A stretch of 63,243 nucleotides of DNA, the filler included, from Folioceros fuciformis (Eukaryota), in NCBI GenBank assembly GCA_049999805.1. It is 4 parts of 4 records of this genome, joined end to end, with 100 filler letters (N's around TTAATTAATTAA, not from the genome) between each part and the next. Parts side by side here need not be neighbours in the genome. Positions count along the whole stretch, not along the records: positions 37,159 to 47,451 come from JBNGIO010006235.1; 3 more parts are not named here. One strand, 5' to 3'. Every line of letters starts with the position of its first letter. Within the stretch, counting starts at the first letter, position 1. Positions 37,159 through 47,551 of the stretch are shown piece by piece. Position numbers and translations under genes: made by a program. Below the pieces are notes generated by a model that had not been told where the DNA came from, made no database searches, and was given only the letters and a program-made list of their open reading frames with translations.

Positions 37159-37387
37159 TGAAAGGCTGCAGCAGTAATGGCGCTCCAAGGCCGGCTGTAC
37201 AAGGGATGGGGTTGCGTCCCTCTCAATAACAATTCCAAGTGTGAACTTCTGTGTCTTGAATATGTGCGCTATGGGTTGGAGACATTCGATCGATAGAGGT
37301 CTAATTTTGCAAGTTGTCCCCTTGTCACAAGAGGACCAGGAAGATCCTTGGGGTGGTCGAGAGCTATGTGACCAGCTCCTTGATAGG

Positions 37388-37790
37388 TGTGGCTAGTGGA
37401 AGGGGTGTTCTGCACCTGTAAGGAAGAGAAATTTCTGCAGAAGGTCGGGGTGGGGAACGCGAGTTTTGAGAAACCCCCTAGAAAGCCGAGAGGGAGCGCG
37501 AGTTTCATGAAACTCTTGAGAGCTGGCCGACTGTGATTTTTCCCTTCCTCACTCCGTTGTCTAACCAAGTCGTGTTTAGATCTATGTGAGGAGTCTATGT
37601 GGCTTAAGGAGGAGTCTGTGTGGCTCAAGGAGAGGCTTGTGTGGCCTAAGGAGAGGCATGTTTGGCCTAGGAGGGGACTGTGTGTCCCAAAGGTTGGGGT
37701 GGCTAGTGGAGAAGAGTGCTGTGCACCGGGAGAAAGGGGGATTTCTGCAGAAGGTCAGGGTGGGAATGCGAGTTTCGCAAAACCCCTGGA
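37388..37790. repeat. LTR-like fragment with a ~90-bp direct repeat and internal ~21-bp tandem units
   Basis: GTGGCTAGTGGA...ATTTCTGCAGAAGGTC...AAACCCC at ~37388 and ~37700; GTGGC(T/C)(T/C)AAGGAG units at 37600-37670. Confidence 0.6.
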
Positions 37791-40700
37791 TAATGAAATA
37801 GTTAAGTCACCTAAAGTTAGGTTAACTAAGTGTTTGTGGTTTTATGAACAGTTATAACCACCTGCACAAACTTTGCATATATCTTTGGATTTCCCGTGAA
37901 ACTAATAACCGCTTTTATTCTTCCTTCACGTGCATGCTAGCACCGATGCTCTCTCAACCTCTCGTGCCCCTCGTGATCCACAATAACATTATGGTATCAG
38001 AGCCAGGTGATCGGAGCACGAGCTCAGATGCGCTGTCTTACAAGATGCCGAAGAGAGGGCCCGTAGCACGCGCGCCATGAAGGAGGTGTTTGTAGAAGGG
38101 GAACAAATCCCCGTGACAAGGAGAACCTTTGTGTGTCCAAGCTATTGGGAAGACGATCAATCTCCTATCCCGACATCCCGACACATCAAAAGATTGTTTC
38201 AATGGGAACGACTACAACACGTGGTCATTAAGGTTGACACAAATCTTTGAGAAAAATGAGCTTATGTCCGTGGTGGATGGGAGTGTGAGATGCCTTGCTG
38301 CACCAACAACCAATGCTGCCGACGTACTTGATTGGAAACGAAAGGGCAGGAGAGCACGTTCTATTCTCATTGCCTCACTGGACAGAAATATGATGCCTCA
38401 CACTCTTGGTGCTGACACCTCTGCAGCTGTGTGGCACAGTTTTGCCTAGATTTACAAGGATAAGAGCAATGCTTCCCAAGTCTTTGCACACAGGGACTTT
38501 TACGGCATGAGAATGAAGGATAGTGACTCTGTCGAGTCCTACATCAATCATTTCAGAACTGCACGTGCAACTTTGGCATATTGTGGTACTATTCACACTG
38601 AAGAACAAGCAGGAACGTGTCTGTTGGCTTCTTTACCCCAAGCTACAGCCACTTTATGAGCTCGCAGTTTGCTCAAGCCTTGTCTGCAACAACTAGAGGC
38701 CTGCCTGGTATAACCTCGGATGAACTAATTGGAGCTCTTTTAGTGGAGGAACGCACCAAGGGTTTCCACAAAGGAGTCAAAGGGGAATCACAGCAGCACT
38801 CCAGAGTTTTGTTTTCTGGTCGAGGCAGAGGGAGTTTTCGAGGACGTGGTCGTGGTGGACAAGGGTGTGGAGGCTACCCCACAGCTAAGCAACCGAACTT
38901 GCAAAGGAAAATCTTCACTTGTCATTGGTGTAAGATTCCTGGTCACTTTGAGAAAGACCCGGAAAAAGCTTGCTGGGGAGCCTCTTAAGGAAGGGACTTC
39001 TCATGAGTCAAACCTGACCACATCGAAGTCTCCAACCATGGCTAAGTCCCCTTCCATTTTAGCAGTCTGTCTATCTTCTCTGCAAATTTAGGCTGATATG
39101 TGGTTTTTGGACTCTTGTGCCACAAATCACATCTGCTATGATAGGAGAGCTTTTAGCAACTTTTCCTCTACTCCTGACAGTCTGCAGTTCGTTTTGCTAG
39201 GGGATGACAGTGGTCTGGCCATCAAAGGTTCGGGTTCAGTCACCATCGAGTTGCCTAATTCTGAGGTCATAACCTTGTCAAGTGTGCTTCATGTTCCAGC
39301 CATGACCAAGAACCTCATGTTGGTCATGAAGTTAGCAGAAGAGCACTCTTGTCGTATATGCTTTGATCACACGGGCTGCTCAATATCTCGCATACCTGGT
39401 TGGGATGACATTTTTTCAGGCACTCCCTTTAATGATCTGTACCTTTTAAATGTAAGAACTGTACCACACCAGCCCACTGTCCATATTAGTTAGTCTCCTT
39501 TTTTATCTCCAACGCAACTGTGGCACTGTCGCCTTGGCCATGTCAACTTCCAGAGGCTTTCAACCTTGGTTAACAACACTGTTTTTCATGATCAGTTGTC
39601 TTTTCCCTTTGATAGGCAAGACTTTTGTGACTCCTTCCAAGTTAGCAAGGCTATTTCCCAGCCCTTCTGAGATCAGACCCTATCAGGAGCCACTTCCCTG
39701 TTACATACAATCCATAGTGATCTATGTGGTCCAATGTCCACAGCGTCTTTTGGAGGTGCCCTTTACTTTCTTACCTTCATCAATGAAGGGAGTCGTTATT
39801 GTTCAGTCTATGTGCTGCATAGCAAGAGTGACACCTTCACCTATTTTCAAGACTATGTGGCCATGGCACAGCGATAGACAGGGTGCAAGCTTAAGATATT
39901 TCGATCCGACAATGGAGGGGAGTACATCAATCATGCCTTCTTTGATTTTTGCTCGACAGAGGGAGTTATTCATCAATTCACGGTTCCTTATACCCCTGCT
40001 TAGAATTCCTTTGCTGAACGCAAGAATAGGACACTCTAGGAAGCCACTCTTTGTAGCTTATCTTTTGCTGGTTTGACTCGTGGATATTGGGCAGAGGCAT
40101 TAGTGGCCACCAACTATGTACAGAATCGGCTTCCCACTAAGGAACTTGGTCTCATCAGACCTTACGAAAAGTGGACAGGCAAGAAACCCCGTATCTCTCA
40201 TTTGCGGATTTTTGGCAGTCTTGCATATGCCTTGGTTCCCTCTCAACTGCGAAACAAACTGGATCCCAAGGCAGTTCGACACACATTTGTGGGTTATGCA
40301 GAAGATGTGAAGGGTTACAAGCTCTTTGACCCAAGTACCCGTCAGCTTTCCTATTCCCGTAGTGTCATTTTTCCTTGTTACGACGTCATGATATCTTGCT
40401 TTCCCCCTCTTCTGTCTTGCCACCTACCACGATACAAGATGTTGATGATGAGCTTGATTTTGCCACTGACAAGGACATTGATGTTGCTATTTTTGATTTT
40501 GATGATCTCACTATAGGCCCTACTACTTCAGCTTCACGGGGGCAGAACATACAATCACCCTTCAACAGCAGTCACACTGATGTCACCCACAGTTCAGATG
40601 AGTTACCTGTACCTTGTTCTTCTAGTTCTCTTGCTGATCCTGTGACTGTTGTTGAACCTGTAGCAGTAGACCCTCCTGTCAATTTTCTGGTATATTTACC

Positions 40701-42622
40701 TCCTACTGGTGCTGGGCCCGATCCTTCTACCTATGTCGATGATCAGCCAACTTCACCAGTCCTTCGTAGGTCTTCTCGTCATCGTCTCCCAAGGCATGAA
40801 TGGAAAGAACCCCCTTTTGTAGCAGGCATAGCTTCCACACCTCCTAAACCCAACTTCAACACTCATGAGCCTTTGACCTACCTAGAAGCCATTACTGGTC
40901 CAGAGGCAGAATTATGGAAGGAGTCCATTCAGTCTGAATACGACTCACTCATAACTAATGGCACTTGGAAGCTGGTTGACTTGCCTGTAGGTCGGAAGCC
41001 AGTTTCCTGCAAGTGGGTTTTCAAGAAGAAACTCAACACAGATGGAAGTGTGGGTCATTACAAATCCAAACTTGTGGCAAAGGGTTATAGTCAGGTTGCT
41101 AGCCTAGACTATAATGAAACGTTTGCTCCTGTGGTTAAATCCACTTCCGTTAGGATATTGTTATCTCTGGCTGCTCATTATGGTTTGCATGTCCACCAAC
41201 TTGATGTAAAAACTGCATTCCTTCATGGTACTTTAGAAGAGGAAATCTATATGCAGCAGCCCAAAGGATTTGTCATTGATGAGGAGAAAGTATGCTTGTT
41301 ACTTAAAACATTATATGGTCTCAAACAATCCAGTCGAGCTTGGAATAAGACGTTTCATGCATTATTGATTGAGTTAGGATTTACTTGTTTGGATGCTGAC
41401 AATACCGTTTACATACTTTGGGACGGAGATGACTTCCTTATTCTGTCCGTTTATGTGGACGACAATTTTCTCTTTAGCACTTCTCTTGTTTTGATGGCTA
41501 GGGTTAAAAGTGCCCTCCTTTTGCGTTTTGACATGAGTGATCTTGGATAGCTTAGTTTTTCCTTGGGTGTTCAATTTCAGTTTTCCGAGGACAGACACAC
41601 TATTGAGCTGCATCAGGAGCATTTTGTGACACAGCTATTGCAGCGTTTCAACATGGAAGAGGCCCGTCCTGTTTCAACACCCATGTCCACCAGTGAGAAG
41701 TTATCCAAGGAGGATTGTCCTACTACTCAGGAAGAGAAGGATTTAATGACTACTCGTCCCTACAGGCAGGCAGTAGGTAGCCTTTTGTATTTAGCTGCTT
41801 GGACCAGGCTAGATATTTCAAGGGCAGTTAGCAATGTTTCGCAGTTCTTAGAAAATCTGGGTGAAGTGCATTGGTCAGCCGTGAAGAGGATATTGTGGTA
41901 TCTTAAGGGCACACCCCGACTTGGTTTGAAGTATACTAAGCAATCTTCTGGGTTGGAGCTTGTTAGCTACTGCGACGCTGATTGGGCAGGTGACCCTGAT
42001 TCACGACGAAGCATAGCAGCTTATTGCAATATTTTGGGAGGTGCAGTGGTATCCTAGTCGAGTAAGAAGCTTACGACCATCTACTTATCTTCTACTGAAG
42101 CTGAGTACAGAGCTCTATCTCAAGCTGCCCGTGAGGTCATTTGGATCCGTTCTTTCCTTCGAGGCCTTCAGCAATTGCCAGCAGGTGCTACAAGATTATG
42201 GTGTGACAATCAGTCAGCTATTGCACTTACAAGGAATCCAGTTTTTCACGCCGTTCTAAAGACATTAAGATCACTCACCATTTCATCAAGCAAGCTTATG
42301 ACACAAGTGAGGTTGATGTTCGCTATGTGCCTACTGGGGATAATGTAGCTGATGTATTAACTAAGTCATCACCAAAATTGCTGCACACTAAGCATGTAAC
42401 TGCAGCAGGGCTTAGCCAAATCTCTCTTACACATAAGCTAGGAACTGCCCACTAGCCTGCTAGTCTTCACAGCATGCTGATAGATTGATGTGGTATCCCT
42501 TGTCCTTAATCTTCTTCTTCAGACATTGCAACAACTGGTCTGTCTCCTTCAATTTTTCCAAGAGGGCTGCAGGTGTTCAGGCAAGGTGAGTATAAGTGAT
42601 GGTTGAAAGCATGCTTCAGAAG

Positions 42623-45600
42623 TGTGGAGTGATTTCTTGCACCCAAGAACCACCGAAGGACCACACATCCCCTTATTGTCGTTGCAGTCTTATGATTCGC
42701 TCCCAAGGGAGTGAACTAGTGCCAAGGAACACTACCTATCACACTTCTACCTATCAGCCGGTTTATAGGCCTGAGCATGCACACACAACAAGCAGGCCAG
42801 AAGCCTAGCCTATCCTCAAATCAGCTCACAACAACTCACACTCCAAATCTTCAGTCCTTCAACTCCTCATGATTCCCACTTCAGTCCTTTCTTCTTCACT
42901 TCAGCCCTTCATGATTCCCACTTCAGTCCTTTCCTCTTCACTTCAGCCCTTCACCCTTCACTTCAGCACACACTCCTGCACTTCAGCAACTCACCCTTCA
43001 CTTCTATGCATTTCACTCCAACTCTTCCTCTCTTTGCTTTAGCTATCCCCTGGAAATTGGAACACAACGGCTTCACTCCTTGCAGCCTTTAAGCATAGTG
43101 TGGATACTAGGACTGGATAGCCCTCCAGGCTCACGGTCCTGTCCCCTCACTTTAGCCAGCCTGCGAATCATTCAAGCCTTGCGGATCCGGCCACACGGAT
43201 CTTGACAGCCTTGGGATCTCTACGTTCCCCTAGTGGCAAGGGAAATCAGGACCTCGGTTCAGTCTCAATTGGCTCAGCGCCCTAAGCCAAGAGTTCTGCA
43301 CACAAGGTCCAGGGACATCGCACCGTAGACAGCCCCTCTCTCAATGGCAGGTCTCCCCTCTTATACTGCCTAGCCATTGTCTCTGTCTACTAGGGTTAAC
43401 CTGAGTCAACTACCTAACCATCTCTTTCTCTGACCTAAACCATCCTACATCCGGTTCTGACCAAAACCTAACCTACATCTGACCTAAACCTAACCTAGGT
43501 CTGACCTAGACCTAACCTATGTCTGACCTAGACCTAACCTATGTGTGACCTAACCCTAATCTAGGCCTGCCTAGACCTAACCTAGGTCTGACCTAAACCT
43601 AACCTAGGCCTGACCTATTCCCAACCCTAACTCTAACCTACCCCTGCTTCTAATTGCCCCTTAACACCGTTAGCTGCCCTTTGCCCCAAACTCATCAACC
43701 CCTCACAACTACCACAAATCAGGGGTGCTTATCTTTCCCCCTTCTCCTCTCCCGGATGGAATTATCTCCTGCCCTTCGACCATCCTGCATTCTTCAGAGC
43801 CTTCCATCTTTCAGGTTCCCCCTCCATTCTACCAACATAACCACCACTAGCTTCTCACCCACTAGCAGCACACCTGTACTAGACCTTCCGCCCAGCGGAT
43901 GGAAAGCCAAATGCCACTTATGTCATATATTTGGATGGGGTGGTATCCTTCAGTTTCGTCCGCACGCATTCTCTTGGCAGCCTTCGCCTCCAACCCTCGT
44001 TCAGGCCACCGTAACCCCCTTGCTCAAAGCTAGACTCGAACCAAAGCCAAACTCGAGCTGTTTCCACTCCCTATGTCCACTTTTAGGGGTCTGGCGGCTG
44101 AGATGGGTCCTTCTGCCTCAGCCAGCCACCATTTGCTTGGTTCTAACCCGAACCCGACCTTTACAGCTTGGCTGCCTGAGCCCCTCGTTCCCGCCTGGAT
44201 TCCATTGGCGCCCTGTTTGTGACCCTGTCACGACTGGCCATTAGCCGGGGTAGTACTGATCCAGCGCACTGCAACCGAAGCCCCCCACACCAGACTTTCC
44301 CTGGCTAGTTCCTCTATTGAAGCCACCTTCACTTGCCACTGCTTAGCAAAAACCCGCAAAAACCCACAAAAACCCGGGTTCCAATTCCGGCTCGGGCACA
44401 TCTAGAGAGAACAGGCTGACAAGCCTCCATCTCTTCCCCCTGGGCAGCCACCTACTCAGCTGTTAGACCTATTGGCTGCCCAACCAGCCATCTGGCCCGT
44501 CTTCGGTTGCTAGATCCGGTCGAGACCATTCTGTCCAGCCCAAAGGAACGACCATACAGAACCGCCAATGGGGTCAGTTGATATGCACTGCACCTGGTTT
44601 GACTGGGATTTGGAACAAGCCGCTCTCCTTGGTTTGCAGTGCACTAAGTGCAAGTCCGTCCGTGCCTGGATGCTCTTGGATTCAACCGCTTATCCTCAAC
44701 CGCCGTCTGGATTCGGCCAGCACGCCGTGACTCCCCTAGCTCTGCTTCCAGCAAAACTGCGACCATCCCAGCTGCTCGATCTCTAGTTGATCGGGACTGA
44801 ATTCAATCAGCTCGCCTGGTGCTGAGTCACCTGCCATTTTCCTGATTCAGCTACCTGGCTAGCCGACCAGACTCGACTGGCCAGCCTGCCTTTGCCTGTA
44901 TCTGGCCAGGCGGCCCGCCCGTAGGCCGCCTACTGCCCACTTGCAATTGGAGCGGGCTGGGTTGTTGACCAGACTCCTCACCGCCATCTCCAGCCAGCAT
45001 CCCCCTTGTTCGGCCAGCCGTCACGACTCATCTCGGTTGCTCGCGGCCGGCCATTCGCCTGGCTAAAACAGCTAGCCGGGCCACTAGCCCAACCCCCTTC
45101 AGATCCACTTGTCCCGCTTGCCCAACCAACTGGCTAGAGGCCCCTAGCTGCCAGGTTGCCCCAGCCAGTGGATCCGCACCCCTATCGGCCCCTGAGTGCC
45201 TGGCTGCTGCTCAGCAGCTGGTCGCTGCTGAGCCAGCCCCCCCTGCTACTCGTCCTGCCGATCCAACCAGGCGCCCACCTGCCATGCTGATGGGCCAGGC
45301 TGTCTGTCTGTTGGCTGACTGGCAGGATCTGCCTGCCATTCTGATTTCCACCCCTACTAGGCTGCNNNNNNNNNNNNNNNNNNNNNNNNNNNNNNNNNNN
45401 NNNNNNNNNNNNNNNNNNNNNNNNNNNNNNNNNNNNNNNNNNNNNNNNNNNNNNNNNNNNNNNNNCTTGTAGTGGCCCCAGCTAGCCGATCAGCCAGAAC
45501 GCTGCCTGGCTCTAGCCATGGCTAGCCGTTTCACCAGCCACCAACTTCCCTGGCTCGCTCTTGGCTAGATTTGATGCCCACTCGGCCTAGTTCCGACTCC

Positions 45601-46713
45601 GAGTTGCTACACCCAACCCGACTGATCACTTCACGAGAGCCCGGCTGCTTGACTAGCTTCAGGACCCGACCCCAACCGCCAACGCCTGCTGCTGCCTGAG
45701 AGCTGGCCAGGCCGTTGCCTGGATTCACCTTAGCCTGTCCACCAGTCAGGTAGTCGCCTCCCCGGATCCACCTAGCCAGTCGGCCTGCTGGATCCGGCCT
45801 GTAAGGCCGCATCCAGCCCGCCACCAACCAGCAGCTACGGCCAGCCGACTCTCTGTCTGGCTAAAACCAAATCCACCAGGACTGGCTGCCTTCCCCGGCC
45901 AGGCGGTTACCTGGCTACCCGGCTGGATCTGCCTACCAGCCAGGCCACACACCGCCCTCCTGGCCAATTCGCTTAGGCTGCCCACCTGCTTGGCGTGCTT
46001 GCGTTGGGCTGGACCAACCCCAGCCAACCCGGTTAGCCGACCAGCCGGCCAGCCTGCCTGGCTTCGGGATATGGCCCTGTCTGGCCTGCCGGTTCTGTTT
46101 ATCAGCTTGCAGATCCTCCCCGACCAAGATCCCCCTCAGCCAGCCAGCCTGCTCCTGCTACTTGCCAGGTTGGGCTGGGCTGTCTGGCGTTCCGGCCAGA
46201 CCCGCCTGGATCACCTGCCGGGCGACCTGCCTCTCAGCAGCCGCTGCCAGCCGCCTGGCCCAGCCACCTACCAGCCCTCCTGGAGCCTGCCGACCAGGCG
46301 GCCTCCCGTCCTAACTAACGCTTGCTAGGGGCCTAGGTGCCCTCCTGCTAGCCCCGATCCGGCTAGCCGCCATGACCGAGTCAACTCGAAGCGCCCGGAC
46401 CTGCTTGTTGCTCCTCAGTCCTCAGTCCACCCTGTTCCGGCTAGCCATCCTCATGCACTGCCTGCCTGCTCCATGGAACCCCACTTGCCTCCTACCCACA
46501 GATCTAGGGCTCCACACACACACCTGAACACCCTCACCAAGGGCACATATATCCGTGGCCTACCTACCGCACATCCCACCAAACCCCTATCGACCCACCG
46601 TTAATCTAACCTAATTTCTAACCACTCCTCCACAAATTTCAATCAGAAAACCAACCAAATAAAAACAAACTCTGTCATTTCTTAGGGGATCTACTCGTCA
46701 TGTGGACTCCACA
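42623..46713 (-). mobile_element. ~4.1-kb solo-LTR-like element (same family terminus as 18201 and 31382)
   Basis: Perfect 8-bp terminal inverted repeats TGTGGAGT...ACTCCACA; 5-bp TSD AGAAG at 42618-42622 and 46714-46718; GGACCACACATCCC...TGTCGTTG...GATTCG..CCCAAGGGA terminal homology. Contains a 100-N gap. Confidence 0.88.
43430..43640. repeat. 22-bp tandem array (CTGACCTAGAC-CTAACCTAGGT) inside the solo LTR
   Basis: Seven or more degenerate units of CTGACCTA(A/G)ACCTAACCTA(G/T)GT. Confidence 0.8.
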
Positions 46714-47451
46714 AGAAGTCAGCAGGGCACATTAGGGTAGGGTGGATGAAGAAGTCACGTACATGTAGGCGCATGTCCTTCATTGTCAGGGTCGTCGTAT
46801 CTTCTCTTTTTCCCTTTATCGCAAGCAGAGGGAGCTTCAACACTTGAACCAGGTATGTCAGTCATACGCATCAGAATTTGTTGCTCCTCCTTACTCAGGT
46901 GTTTCTCTACTCCCCAGAAAATGTGGTATTTGTAGTAGTAGTCCAGCTCCCCTTTTTCTTCTAGCATGGCTTTCATCATTGCAGCCTGGTACTCACTCCT
47001 TGACAATCTGCCCTCAAAGGATACTAGTGGTGAAGTATCGTAAGGTTGTGCCTTGTCTCCTATAGGAGTGAGGGTCTTCAGGTATACTCTCGCCCATTCC
47101 TTTTGAGCCTACTGCTCCTTTGTCTTGGGTGCATTGATGTCACTAGGGTGGTACTCACAAACCTTTTGGTGAAGAACCCACTGTCTGCTAGAGAACTTGG
47201 ATGCAGGGACCCATTCCCTGCCACAATGGAGGCACTCCACACCTCTGAGGACATGTTGTGTGGGAGGCTCCATCAACAGACAATAGTGCTTACACTTCAA
47301 TAGCCAGAAAGCCAGGCTAGCAGCTGCGCAACATATAGGTTACAGTATTGGAATGGAGTAGGGAGCGCTATGGTTTTATCCAGAGTATGAGGGAGCGTAA
47401 GATGTGAGCTGGATGAGCGCAAGGATTGAGCTTGAGCGTGAGCGGAGGACA

Positions 47452-47551
47452 NNNNNNNNNNNNNNNNNNNNNNNNNNNNNNNNNNNNNNNNNNNNTTAAT
47501 TAATTAANNNNNNNNNNNNNNNNNNNNNNNNNNNNNNNNNNNNNNNNNNNN
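47452..47551. other. Assembly join: N-gap with TTAATTAATTAA linker
   Basis: 100-bp N run with a central linker. Confidence 0.97.

Larger units (their letters stand above)
42460..47273 (-). pseudogene. Antisense two-exon gene downstream of copia pol (47273-46763, 42566-42460), unknown function, Cys/His motif
   Basis: MEPPTQHVLRGVECLHCGREW...HQKVCEYHP...(one TAG)...EGHAPT|SLLEKLKETDQLLQCLKKKIKDKGYHINLSACCED*. The GTACGT...CTGCAG phase-1 intron is 100 nt once the nested element is removed. Confidence 0.6.
37794..47451 (+). mobile_element. Decayed Ty1/copia element with a long 3' region (antisense ORF) interrupted by a nested element; 3' LTR not seen (gap)
   Basis: Short 5' LTR ~37794-37988; PBS TGGTATCAGAGC 37992-38003; FNGNDYNTWS; CHWCKIPGH; WFLDSCATNH; RSDNGGEY; VYVDDNF; YCDADWAGD; pol stop 42453-42455. 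The extent beyond 42455 is inferred. Confidence 0.85.

Noticed and set aside
43654-46328. Several 60-200-aa ORFs inside the 4.1-kb solo LTR
   Set aside because: Low-complexity GC-rich sequence with no recognisable domain or consistent frame.
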